This document shows, in pieces, positions 35,993 to 47,954 of a stretch of 49,170 bases of DNA. The DNA is from Chiloscyllium plagiosum. Its lineage: Eukaryota. The notes below the pieces were generated by a model that saw nothing but the letters and a program-made list of their open reading frames with translations, made no database searches and was not told where the DNA came from. The position numbers and the translations under genes are program-made. Numbering within the stretch: position 1 is the stretch's first letter; each line of letters starts with the position of its first letter. The stretch is taken from the NCBI RefSeq assembly GCF_004010195.1, contig NC_057752.1, positions 3,487,407 to 3,536,576 on the forward strand, given 5' to 3'.

Positions 35993-37074
35993 TTAGTGAG
36001 TCAGGATTTTGTGCAAAAAGAGTTTTTGTGCACTCTGCACCCCCACACAATCTCCATCTATCTGCCAACCACAAGTGACGGTGTTGGTTCCTTATCAGGC
36101 AGGGAATATTCCTGAGGTGATCCTTGCTCAGGTCCAGGGAGGCAGATGGTTGCTGGTTTGGTGGTACTGAAATGGGGGAGAGTGAGGGATGGCATCAAGG
36201 TCTGGGGGGAGGGGGGGGGGGGAGAAGGCTGAGACTGAGGGGAGGTGACAGTGGATTTCAGGGTTATCCAAACCCTGGAGACCAAGGGGAATTTCCTGAT
36301 CAAAAGGGAGGGTCTGACAGTAGGGAAGGAAGCTCCTGGTCGCCAGAAGGTTGGGCTTAGTGATCAAGGGAGTAGCGAGCAAACCGCAGAGCTGGAGGGG
36401 CGATTGGTGACGGATGGGGGGAAAGCGGTCATGCTTGAGGGGCAACACTGCCTCCTCCAGGCCAAAAGGCGGGACTGTCAATCCAATTACCTTCCCAACG
36501 TTTCAGTCCTGACTTACATTTAGCGAACAGCTTTCCCAAGAGCCAGGAAACCAAGAGCTAAACATGGAAGTTGGATAAAAATCACGGCCTGCAGCTTTGT
36601 TCAAACATTTCAGTGACAGAGCCAGCTCCTTGGAGTGGGTGAGCTGCCTACCTCCCATTCTGCTCTCGTTAAAACTGAAAGTGGGATAGATTGCAAGGGG
36701 CAAAATCTCATCACACCTGAGGCCAAACCATCCATTTTCTGGGGCTTCAAGTCCATCGGCAGTAGATGGACACGCAGGCAGCCATCTTTGAAAGCTGACA
36801 ACGTCCTCATGAACACTCACTCTGGGACTCGACTGAAAGAGGCAGCACTGGGTAAATGCACCGGAACAGTGTTGGGTTTGAGATGAATGGGTGCCTTATA
36901 TGAAAGCTAGCTCCAGGGAGCTTCATAACTTGCCTCAGGGCCAAGGTGGGTCAGGCTTTCTGAATGCTTCCCAGTGACCCCTGCTCTCCATCACAGAGAA
37001 GAATGGAGGAGGACATCGCTTCAGGGGAGATCAAGGTTTCGTGAGATATCCCTACCTCGCCCACTAAAGAAAGA

Positions 37075-37990
37075 AGAAAGACCTGCATTTAGGTAGCGCT
37101 TTTCACTCTCACTGTCTCAAAGTGCTTTTCTGAAGTGTGGTCACTGTTCTGAGGTGGGAAACACAGCAGCACATTTGCACTTCACAGATTCCGAAAACAA
37201 CAATGTGATAGCGACCTGATAATCTGGCTTCAGTAATGTTGCTGATGAAGAAATATTAGTCACGACATCAGGGAGAGCCCCACTATTTTCATAGTCATAC
37301 AGCGTGGAAACAGACCCTTCAGCCCAACCACTCCATAATCCCAAACTAACCTAGTCCCACCTGCCTGCTCCTGGCCCATATCCTTCCAAACGTTTCCTAT
37401 TCATGTCCTTATCCAAATGTCTTTTACACATTGTAACTGCACCCACATCCACCACATCCTCTGGCAGTTCATTCCACACACGAGCCACCCTATGTCCAAA
37501 ACAGTTGCCCCTCATGTCCTTTTTAAATCTTTCTCCTCTCATCATAAAAATGTGCCCCCTAGTTTTGAACACCCCCAGCCTTGTTATTTCCCTTATCTGT
37601 GCCCCTCATGACTTTAAAAGGTCACCTCTCAATATCCTACGGCTCCAGTGAAAAAAGTCCCAGCCTATCCAGCTTCTCCTTATAACTCAAACCTTCCAGA
37701 CCTGGCAACATCCTGGTAAATCTCTTCTGAACCCTCTCCAGCTTCACAAAAAAAACCTTGCGATAGTGCGCTGCAGTCCTCTACATTCACCTGAGAGGGC
37801 TGACAGGCCTCAGTTTTGCCTAGGCCTCAGTTTAACATCAATGGAAAGGATAGCAAAAGTATGAGTGCAGCATTCCCTCAACACTGCACCACAGTATCAG
37901 CCTAGACTCAAGTGCTCTGGTCCTGGAGCTGGCTTTGAGCTCACAACCTTATGAATTATAAGCAAGAGTGCTATCAGTTGACATAGAGCA
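37075..37990 (-). mobile_element. Near full-length Deu-domain SINE split by a CR1 insertion
   Basis: 3' part at 37075-37290 (acctgcatttaggtagcgcttttca..gtggtcactgtt..acctgataatctg) and 5' part at 37770-37990 (cacctgagagggc..cctcagtttaac..agtgcagcattccctca, then a tRNA head). Confidence 0.7.
37290..37745 (-). mobile_element. HER1/CR1 3' fragment
   Basis: TRGHIF..RVARVWNELPEDVV. Confidence 0.9.
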
Positions 37991-38378
37991 CACGCCACTC
38001 CCAGACAACACACAGATTGACAAACTCAGGGAATGTCAAGTTCACACACCGTGGTCATCCACATTCTAAAACTGCCTGCCTTCAGTAGCACATTATTTCT
38101 ATTACTGCAGACTGATACAAGACACCTTCAACACTGACTCTGCTGGCTGACGGTCTTTCAGGACTGTGTCAATATTTGCAAGCAGTTTGTAACATTGTAC
38201 AGGCGCAATTACAAATCTCAAATTGCCCATCTCGACTTGCACATCAAGGGTGCCAACTAGGGCAAGGTACAGTGAAATTGTCAGAATTCATGGTTAATTC
38301 TTCTCCAGATCTCTGACTAAAGGCAGTTCTGATCCACAGTACCATGGCCACCATCATGGCTAGGACAAAGAGGTAGGT

Positions 38379-38562
38379 AGGCAAAAGTGAGGACTGCAGA
38401 TGCTGGAAACCAGAGTTTAAATCAGAGTGGTGCTGGAAAAGCACAGCAGGTCAGGCAGCATCCGAGCATTCCTGATGAAGGGGTTTTGCCCGAAACGTCG
38501 ATTTTCCTGCTCCTCGGATGCTGCCTGACCTGCTGTGCTTTTCCAGCACCGCTCTGATCTAA
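38379..38562. mobile_element. Penelope-like fold-back, family A, with a 14-bp TSD
   Basis: Inverted arms; TSD acaaagagg(t/c)aggt at 38365-38378 and 38563-38576. Confidence 0.88.
38468..38503 (+). ncRNA. Minimal type I hammerhead ribozyme motif
   Basis: CTGATGA (38472-38478), extra A, stem II GGG/CCC, GAAA (38492-38495), palindromic ACGT stem III and GUC cleavage triplet (38497-38499). Stem I is weak and activity is not shown. Confidence 0.65.
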
Positions 38563-38679
38563 ACAAAGAGGCAGGTGCTGAGTCGTAGAACACAATAGAA
38601 TCACAGAATTCCCTACAGTGCAGATAGTGATGATAGAGACTCTAATGTCTTTCTATCGCTTGGTTGACCTGGAATCTGC

Positions 38680-38830
38680 CCCAGTCTTATGCCACTGGTG
38701 GAAAATCTACCAGTTGATACTTGGCCAAGTTAAAAACCCACTTTTCTCGGAAATCAAGTCCTGAACTTGGATTTCAACCTGGCGTGTCCAACCCAGAGGT
38801 TGGGACACTACCCACTGTAGCCACAAGTAT
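38680..38830 (-). mobile_element. Degenerate tRNA-derived SINE head
   Basis: Reverse complement reads tggctacagtggg..ggttgaaatcc. Confidence 0.4.
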
Positions 38831-38864
38831 AAACACAGCGGCTACAAGAACAGGACCACTGCAG

Positions 38865-39090
38865 TGACTAACTCCCCTCCTGACTCCCCCAAAGCCTGTC
38901 CACCATCTACAAGGCACAACTCAGGAGTGTGATGGAACACTCCCCACTTGCCTGGATGGGGGCAGCTCCAACAACACTCAAGAAGCTTGACACCATCCAG
39001 GATTAAACAGACCCCGCTTGATTGGCCCCACATCTACAATCCCTCCGCTCCGTAGCAGCAGTGTGTACTATCTACAAGATGCACTGCACC
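38865..39090 (+). mobile_element. Fragment of the CR1/Jockey-group LINE seen at 10050
   Basis: YKAQLRSVMEHSPLAWM..TLKKLDTIQD. Confidence 0.85.
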
Positions 39091-39094
39091 AATT

Positions 39095-39450
39095 CAGATC
39101 CCAAGAAAGATTTTACAGTTTCAGAATTTAGTCTTCCAAAGTAAAGCCCAACTTCAAGATCCAAAACGTTCACTCTCCACCCTCCTGGAAGATGGACCCT
39201 GACGGAGAGAAATCCACATTGACTCTGTCTGATCCTGTCACTGTTTTCCAAGTGCGCTGCTTTTAAATCTTTTAGAATGGACTCACTTCCCTTAACATTT
39301 CCCATAACAGTTTCCCACCCCACCCAAACCAATGTCAGGCCAAGCGGTCTGTAATTCCCTGTTTTCTCTCTGCCTCCTTTATTTTAAATCGTGGGGTGAC
39401 ATGAACATACCCTCCCAGCCATAGAGCATCTGTAGACTCTTGAAAGATGG
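39095..39450 (-). mobile_element. Degenerate CR1 RT fragment
   Basis: HLENSDRIRQSQCGF; aattacagaccgcttggcctgac (NYRP-like). Confidence 0.6.
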
Positions 39451-39621
39451 CTTGCGAATGCAAGAATGGGTTTGGTGAATCCTTTGCTGAGCTTCATAAG
39501 GTCAGTGGTGGTCCACATTCAAAGACCGTAATTAGGGATAGTGGCCTTGCAAGGGCTTAGCATTGAAGTGCTGAATTGTAAGACACCCACTACCCGAGGG
39601 GACTGGTTACAGGATAAAAAC

Positions 39622-40680
39622 ATTGTTCTGGTCTCCTTACTTAGGAAAGGATGTCCTGGCACCGGAGGGGGTGCAGAGGAGGTACACAAGGTTCATTCCC
39701 GAGTTGAGAGGGTTGCCTTATGAGGAGAGTCATAGAGTCATAGAGATGTACAGCACAGAAACAGAGCCTTTGGTCCAACCCGTCCATGCCGACCAGATAT
39801 CCCATCCCAATCTAGTCCCACCTGCCAGCACCCGGCCCATATCCTTCTGAACCCTTCCTATTCATATACCCATCCAGATGCCTTTTAAATATTGCAACTG
39901 TACCAGCCTCCATCACCTCCTCTGGCAGCTCATTCCATACATGTACCACCCTCTGCGTGAAAAAGTTAACCCTTAGGTCTCTTTTATATCTTTCCCCTCT
40001 CACCATAAACCAATGCCCTTTAGTTCTGGACTCCCCCACCCCAGGGAAAAGACTTTGTCTATTTACCCTATCCATGACCCTCATGATTTTATAAACCTCT
40101 ATAAGGTCACCCCTCAGCCTCCGATGTTCCAGGGAAAACAGCCCCAGCCTGTTCAGCCTCTCCCTATAACTCAAACCCTCCAACCCTGGCAACATCCTTG
40201 TTAATCTTTTCTGAAACCTTTCAACTTTCACAGCATCCTTCCGATAGGAGGGTGACCAGAATTGCACACAATATTCCAGATTGAGTAGACTGGGGTTACA
40301 CTCATTGGAAGTTAGAGGAATGAGGGGGTATCTTCTCGAAACATATAAAATGATGAAGGGAATAGATCAGATTGAAGCAGGGAGGTTGTTTCCACGGGCG
40401 GGTGAAACTAGAGGGGGCATAGCCTCAAAATACGGGGGAGCAGGTTGAGGACTGAGTTAGGGAGGAAACTCTTCCCCCAAAGGGTTGTGAGTCTGTGGAG
40501 CTCCCTGCCCAGTGAAGCACTTGTGGCTACCTCACTGAATGGCTTTAAGGTGAAGAGAGATAGATTTTTGAACAATAAACGAATTAAGGGTTACGGTGTG
40601 CGGGCGGGTAAGTGGAGCTGAGTTCATCTTGGTGAATGGTGCAGCGGGCTGGCGGGGTCCAATGGCCTACTCTGACGTTT
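39622..40680 (+). mobile_element. CR1 3' fragment interrupted by HER1
   Basis: FWSPYLGKDVLA..GLPYEE, resuming attgagtagactggg at about 40280. Confidence 0.85.
39728..40279 (-). mobile_element. HER1/CR1 3' fragment
   Basis: ORF 39812-40267 and a (ctatgact)n tail. Confidence 0.95.
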
Positions 40681-41304
40681 GGACATAATGATGCAATCAC
40701 TTTAATTTTCATGGACATTTTAAACGAGAGAATAAGTTGGCCATTGGTTCACTCTCATTCACCAGCTCTCTTTCAGAACTGTGCTTTTAAAAACACAACT
40801 GTGCGATCACTATCAGCACCAGCACAGAGAAAAGTCAGACTTGGGTGCAGTCAGAAAATATAATGAGCATGGAAGATCAGCTCCTTTTGAATATCATTTC
40901 AATATGCACTCAACACTTTGAACAAAAATCAATACCAACTTCTTCAGGAAGCAGAGCTTCAGTGGCTCTCAGGTTTCTTGGTCAACTTAGTCTCAGGATG
41001 GGGTCAGCGCGGGCAAGGCTGGCACTGACTGGGCATCCATCATCAGCTACAGAGAGAGAGCGCGATGGATCTTCTCCCTCGATCATGGGATCCCATGTGG
41101 TGACAGTGTTGTTTGAGAGAAGGTTCCAGGTCCGTGACCGAGGGGAGGTGATTTATGACAAGCCGAGATGGGGTGTAACCCGGAGGGGATGGTGTACCCA
41201 CACATTTCCGAATCTTTGGAGCACAGGGACTGAGGGGAAGGTACTAAAGAAGCCTCGGCAAGTTGCCCCTGTGGTAGAGGGAGTGGATGGTAATGCTATC
41301 AGAC

Positions 41305-42498
41305 GTCACAGCATCCCTACGGTGCAGACCGAGGCCATTTGGCCCATCGAGTCGGCACCAACATTCCGAAGAGCATCCAGACCAACATCCCAGACCCACT
41401 CCATGCACATCACACCACAGTTCCCATGGCAAGTCCATCTAACCCACACATCTCTGGGCACTATGGGGCAATTTAGCATGGCCAATCCACCCTAACCTGC
41501 ACATCCCTGGAGACTATGGGACAATTTAGCATGGGCAATCCACCCTAACCTGCACATCCCTGGGCACTATGGGACAATTTAGCATGGGCAATCCACCCTA
41601 ACCTGCACATCCCTGGGCACTATGGGACAATTTAGCATGGCCAATCCACACTAACCTGCACATCCCTGGGCACTANNNNNNNNNNNNNNNNNNNNNNNNN
41701 NNNNNNNNNNNNNNNNNNNNNNNNNNNNNNNNNNNNNNNNNNNNNNNNNNNNNNNNNNNNNNNNNNNNNNNNNNNNNNNNNNNNNNNNNNNNNNNNNNNN
41801 NNNNNNNNNNNNNNNNNNNNNNNNNNNNNNNNNNNNNNNNNNNNNNNNNNNNNNNNNNNNNNNNNNNNNNNNNNNNNNNNNNNNNNNNNNNNNNNNNNNN
41901 NNNNNNNNNNNNNNNNNNNNNNNNNNNNNNNNNNNNNNNNNNNNNNNNNNNNNNNNNNNNNNNNNNNNNNNNNNNNNNNNNNNNNNNNNNNNNNNNNNNN
42001 NNNNNNNNNNNNNNNNNNNNNNNNNNNNNNNNNNNNNNNNNNNNNNNNNNNNNNNNNNNNNNNNNNNNNNNNNNNNNNNNNNNNNNNNNNNNNNNNNNNN
42101 NNNNNNNNNNNNNNNNNNNNNNNNNNNNNNNNNNNNNNNNNNNNNNNNNNNNNNNNNNNNNNNNNNNNNNNNNNNNNNNNNNNNNNNNNNNNNNNNNNNN
42201 NNNNNNNNNNNNNNNNNNNNNNNNNNNNNNNNNNNNNNNNNNNNNNNNNNNNNNNNNNNNNNNNNNNNNNNNNNNNNNNNNNNNNNNNNNNNNNNNNNNN
42301 NNNNNNNNNNNCCTGGGCACTATGGGTAATTTAGCATGGCCAATCCACCCTAACCTACATATCCCTGGACACTATGGGACAATTTAGCATGGCCAATCCA
42401 CCCTGACCTGCACATTCCTGGGCACTATGGGTAATTTAGCATGGCCAATCCACCCTAACCTACATATCCCTGGACACTATGGGTAATTTAGCATGGCC
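41305..42498 (-). mobile_element. 5'-truncated HE1 SINE with a large 53-bp tandem array spanning an N gap
   Basis: Tail at 41305-41400; units on both sides of gap 41676-42311; no tRNA head visible. Confidence 0.88.
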
Positions 42499-43414
42499 AC
42501 TCCGGCATCACCCCTAATACTGTGAGGCATCAATGACAGCAAGCCAGTCTGTACATGACAGACTGCACGTGAGCTGATCAACATGGAGAGGCACCACCCC
42601 TCACACTGTATGAAACACAGGGTGTTGGTCAGTATCTGTGACATGTTAATGAACGCACGGCAAGTTTCCAATCTTCAGACGAGCCATTTGAAAGGTTCTC
42701 GGAATCAAGAATCAGCAGCAACTCGATCTGTCCCTGGCTTTTAGGAACCGCCTGCTTTTCAGGTCCACAATTCGTTGTGAAAAGAGCAATCTCTCTTTTG
42801 CTTTCCTAATGCTGCGTCTGAACAGGCAATGCCACGCAAACATGCTTTTTGTCATTGGTGAAACGGTGTTTTAGCCCTCCGTTTGAAAACATGATTCGAT
42901 AGAAGCAGCCCTTGAAAATGGTTCCGCTTCAAATACATCGGGCCAGTTCCGCACCGTGCACCAGCAGCTGCACAGTTCGCAGTCAGACACTGCGAGGGAC
43001 CACTGCGGATGGCAAAGAAAGCACTTGGTTTCTGCTCCTTGGTGGGAGGCAGATCTGCATCAACGGACTTTGCAAAGCCTTCCTCGTCTCAGTTGCAGAG
43101 AGGTTCGTTGAAAATATGAGCACGTCCTTGCACAGCACGCGTGTGGTTCTGATACAGCTCCAAGGGCCCCTTGTTATCCTCTCCCAGTTCACTCCTGCTG
43201 GTGACCCTGTGGCACTGAAGCTGATCAGTCGGTTCAAAGGTCAACACACTCCATCTTGGGCTGCCTGCATGTCAAATGAAGTGATTCAATGATATCTGCT
43301 GGCTGGGGGTCGTTTATTATTCTCAACTGCTCAACCAAGCCCCGCTTTTAAGCCGTGCCTTATATTGTAGGAAGAACTCAAATCTGTCCAAGGCTTTCAT
43401 CAAAACATTTTAAA

Positions 43415-44620
43415 AATAGGTGTAGGCCATTCAGCCCTTCAAACCTGCTCCACTGTCCAAGAGGATCATGGCTGATCATGCAATCTCAGTATCCCAATCG
43501 TGCCCCCCCACCCAAATACCGATGGGGTCTCATGGTGGCTCAGTGGTTAGCACTGCTGCCTCACTGCGCCAGGACCCAGGTTCGATTCCTGCAGATTCCA
43601 CTGTGTGGAATGCACGTTCTCCCCATGTCTGTGTGGGTTTCCACCTGGTGCTCCGGTTTCCTCCCAAAGTCCAAAGATATGCAGGTTAGGGTGGATTGGC
43701 CGTGCTAAATTGTCCCATAGTGCCCAGGGATGTACAGGCTAGGGTGGATTGGCCATGCTAAATTGTCCCATAGTGCCCAGGGATGTGCAGGTTAGGGTGG
43801 ATTGGCCGTGCTAAATTGTCCCATAGTGTTCAGGCTAGGGTGGATTGGCCATGCTAAATTGTCCCATAGTGCCCAGGGATACCTAGGTTATGTGCATTAG
43901 TCTGGGGTAAATATAGGGTAGGAGAATGGGTCTGGGTGGGTTACTCTTCGGAGGGTCAGTGTGGACTTGTTGGGCCAAAGGGGCCTGTTTCCATACTGTA
44001 GGGAATCTATTCTATATCCCTTTAGCTGCAAGGGCCACATCCAGCTCCCTCTTGAATATATCAAACAAACTGACCCCAACAGCTTTCCGTGGGAGAGAAT
44101 TCCACAGGTTCACAAATCTCTGAGCAAAGAGATTCTTCCTCATTTTGGTTCTGAATGGCTTATCCCTCATTGTTAGTGTGATCCCTAGTTCTGGACTTGC
44201 CCAACATCAGGAACATTCTTCCTACATCTAGCCTGTCCAGTCCCATCAGGATTTCATATGTTTTGACGAAAGCCCCCCTCATTCTTCTAAATTCCAGTGA
44301 ATACAAGTCCAGTCGATCCAGTCTTTCCTCATACGTCATTCCCGCCATCCTGGGAATCAGTCTAGTGAACATTCACTGGACTCCCTCAATAGCAAGAATG
44401 TCCTTCCTCAGACTGGGAGACCAAAACTGCACACAGTACTCAAGGTGTGGCCTCACCAAGGCCCTGTATAACTGCAGCAAGACGTCCCTACTCCAATCCT
44501 CTCGCTAGGAAGGCCAGCATGCCATTCGCTTTCCTTACTGCCTGTTGTACCTTAATGCCAACCTTCGGCGACTGTTCCACCATGACACCAAGATCTCATT
44601 GCACCTCACCTTTCTCCCAA
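43415..44620 (-). mobile_element. CR1 3' fragment interrupted by HE1
   Basis: FTRLIPRMAGMTYEERLDRLDLYSLEFRRMRG; tail at 43415-43500. Confidence 0.88.
43505..44012 (+). mobile_element. HE1-type SINE with about 4 tandem units (43677-43890)
   Basis: ggttagggtggattggccatgctaaattgtcccatagtgcccaggga repeated; head and tail present. Confidence 0.92.
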
Positions 44621-45144
44621 GCCCTCGTGACACAATCAGTGTTCATCTGAGGAGCTGAATGTCTTTTCTGGATAGGTGATTAACGAAGATGGAAAATGAG
44701 CAATAGCTTTGTGTTCAAAATTGCATTATAATCAACATATTAAATTCCAAAATGTATTAGCTAAGAGCACTCACATACAAGGACTCAATATTTTATGCTT
44801 TATTCCTCAAATTAAATTGCTGTACTAAATTCATTTTTATTAAGGTCTAAGAAAGAAACAAAGAACAATTAAAGTGGTTTCACATTCCACACTGTATTTA
44901 ATCACTTTATCCATTTAGATCAGTGCAGTAAAGCATCTTCCAGAACTACCAATTACATTACTTGCACTACTTGTTCACAATAAAGAAGCCCCCGGGTTGC
45001 TGAAACATATTTCGATTTTCTGATGGCATTACCCTGGGGGGAGGGCAAACCTCTTTGCTGCTTTCCAGCGGTGCAAAATATTTTTTGATTTCATCGTCAG
45101 TTCTCCTTAAAACGTATTGTGCCGAAGTGAGAACTGAGAAAGGG

Positions 45145-45250
45145 AAATGTGACCAGAAACATTAACTCTGATCTCTCGCTCCACAGATGCTGCCAGACCG
45201 GCTGGGTTTTTCCAGCAATTTCTGTTTGCATTTCGGATTTCCGGCATCCG
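45145..45250 (+). mobile_element. Penelope-like terminal remnant, family C
   Basis: gaaacattaactctgatctctcgctccacagatgctgccagacc..ttttccagcaatttctg. Confidence 0.65.
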
Positions 45251-45469
45251 GGTTGCACAGTTGCTTCGACAGGTTGACACACAAGATTGCAAGTGCGGCC
45301 TCTTGCCTTGACGATTTTAATGCCCACTGGTGCATCCCACTCACTGTGACACTTGTAGTACCCTCCATCACTTGCATAAATTGGAACTCAGCAGCTCTGA
45401 CCACTTGGTTTCCATAATGATAGTAAGGAGTCTTTATGTTTCAATATCTCATCAGGACGATGTGTAGAA

Positions 45470-47320
45470 CGTAGAGCCATAACAGCACGGAAACAGACCC
45501 TTCAACCCAACCAGTCCGAGCCGACCATAATCCCCAAACCAAACTAGTCCCACTTGCCTGCTCCTGGCCCATATCCCTCCAAACCTTTCCTGTTCATATC
45601 CTTGTCCAGATTACAGAGGAGGAAGTGCTGGATGTCTTGAAACGGTTAAAGGTGGATAAATCCCCAGGACCTGATCAGGTGTACCCGAGAACGTTGTGGG
45701 AAGCTAGAGAAGTGATTGCTGGGCCTCTTGCTGAGATATTTGTATCATCGATACTCACAGATGAGGTGCTGGAAGACTGGAGGTTGGCAAACGTGGTGCC
45801 ACTGTTTAAGAAGGGTGGTAAGGACAAGCCAGAGAACTATAGACCAGTGAGCCTGACCTCGGTGGTGGGCAAGTTGTTGAAGGGAATCCTGAGGGACAGG
45901 ATGTACATGTATTTGGAAAGGCAAGGATTGATTAGGGATAGTCAACATGGCTTAGTGCATGGGAGACTGATTAGCAAGGTTAAATCTTATGGAATACAGG
46001 GAGAACTAGCCATTTGGATACAGAACTGGCTCAAAGGTAGAAGACAGAGGGTGGTGGTGGAGGGTTGTTTTTCAGACTGGAGGCCTGTGACCAGTGGAGT
46101 GCCACAAGGATCGGTGCTGGGTCTTCTACTTTTTGTCATTTACATAAATGATTTGGATGCGAGCATAAGAGGTACAGTTAGTAAGTTTGCAGATGACACC
46201 AAAATTGGAGGTGTAGTGNNNNNNNNNNNNNNNNNNNNNNNNNNNNNNNNNNNNNNNNNNNNNNNNNNNNNNNNNNNNNNNNNNNNNNNNNNNNNNNNNN
46301 NNNNNNNNNNNNNNNNNNNNNNNNNNNNNNNNNNNNNNNNNNNNNNNNNNNNNNNNNNNNNNNNNNNNNNNNNNNNNNNNNNNNNNNNNNNNNNNNNNNN
46401 NNNNNNNNNNNNNNNNNNNNNNNNNNNNNNNNNNNNNNNNNNNNNNNNNNNNNNNNNNNNNNNNNNNNNNNNNNNNNNNNNNNNNNNNNNNNNNNNNNNN
46501 NNNNNNNNNNNNNNNNNNNNNNNNNNNNNNNNNNNNNNNNNNNNNNNNNNNNNNNNNNNNNNNNNNNNNNNNNNNNNNNNNNNNNNNNNNNNNNNNNNNN
46601 NNNNNNNNNNNNNNNNNNNNNNNNNNNNNNNNNNNNNNNNNNNNNNNNNNNNNNNNNNNNNNNNNNNNNNNNNNNNNNNNNNNNNNNNNNNNNNNNNNNN
46701 NNNNNNNNNNNNNNNNNNNCTTAAGGGGCAACTTTTTCACGCAGAGGGTGGTACGTGTATGGAATGAGCTGCCAGAGGATGTGGCGGAGGCTGGTACAAT
46801 TGCAACATTTAAGAGGCATTTGGATGGGTATATGAATAGGAAGGGTTTGGAAGGATATGGGCTAGGTGCCGGCAGGTGGGACTAGATTGGGTTGGGATAT
46901 CTGGTTGGCATGGACGGGTTGGACCGAAGGATCTGTTTCCATGCTGTACATCTCTATGACTCTATGACTCTCTAAATGTTGTAACTGTGCCCGCATCCAC
47001 CACTTCCTCAGGAAGGTCATTCCACACATGAACCACCCTCTGTGGAAAGAAAATTGCCCCTCACATCTTTTTAAAATGTCTCTCATCTTTACAATGTGCC
47101 CCCTTAGTCTTGAAATGCTAGGGAAAAAGACATCTGCCATAAACCCTATCTATACCCCTCATGATTTTATAAACCTCTATAAGGTCACCTCTCAACATCC
47201 TATGCTCCAGTGAAAAAAGTCCTGGCCTATCCAACCTCTCCCTATAACTCAAACCTTCCAGACCTGGCAACATCCTGGTAAATCTCTTCTGAACCCTCTC
47301 CAGCTGAATAATATCCTTAT
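45470..47320 (-). mobile_element. CR1 3' fragment (45470-45610 and 46972-47320) hosting a plus-strand HER1 insertion
   Basis: The host ..cctgttcatatccttgtccaga resumes at taaatgttgtaactgtg. Confidence 0.85.
45611..46971 (+). mobile_element. HER1/CR1 RT region and 3' end, with internal deletion and N gap
   Basis: [34 protein letters not shown] and FADDTK (RT catalytic motif). The SCLTNL/YLDF block is missing. Confidence 0.95.
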
Positions 47321-47954
47321 AATTCTGCTTTTTAATCATGCTTCTCCCAACTATTGCGTACCCGATGTTATTTAAGATGTTTACCTGCTGGTATCTCCTG
47401 ATCTCCAGCTGATGGGTGGGTATGAATGCCAGGGTGCAGAGGGCATTTTACGCATCTGTCATTGTCTCCATTTCTTAATGCACCTTCAACCATTAATGAG
47501 CTCTTCTCTGCACCCTGCTGATCAATTTACAGACGGCTGGGTCTGAGCTACTGATGCAGGGAGCCGCAGTTGCCGGGGCCCACTTTGTGGTCCAGGGTGT
47601 GCAATTTTCGCTCAGTTTAGGGGGCACTGAAGGGGGCAGTGACGTGACAGGGGGTGGCACCCAGGATGCAGCCTGGTCCACCAATCCCAAAAGCAGGCAC
47701 GGGAACTGCCAAATGGAGGGGCGGCTGGTTAAGCATGGCCCCTCATACCCTCTGCCAAATCAATGCCAACTCATGCTCCCCACTGAACCCCCATGTATCC
47801 AACATGGAAAGACTTCAGGAGCCACGTGGGCATTAAAAGAAACAGTTCTCACCCCTTCGTACTTGACATTGGGAAAAGAAATCCATATGTGCATTCAGAC
47901 AAGAAGATGGCTTGTAGGAGACTGATGACTGAGATCAAGGGTGATAGACAGCAG

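Noticed and set aside
40845..41495. 216-aa ORF
   Set aside because: No recognisable domain, and its 3' part runs through antisense HE1 sequence.
41673..42320. 215-aa ORF
   Set aside because: It consists of the N gap.
45625..46767. 380-aa RT ORF as an active gene
   Set aside because: It is 5'-truncated, lacks an internal RT block, and is inflated by 501 Ns.
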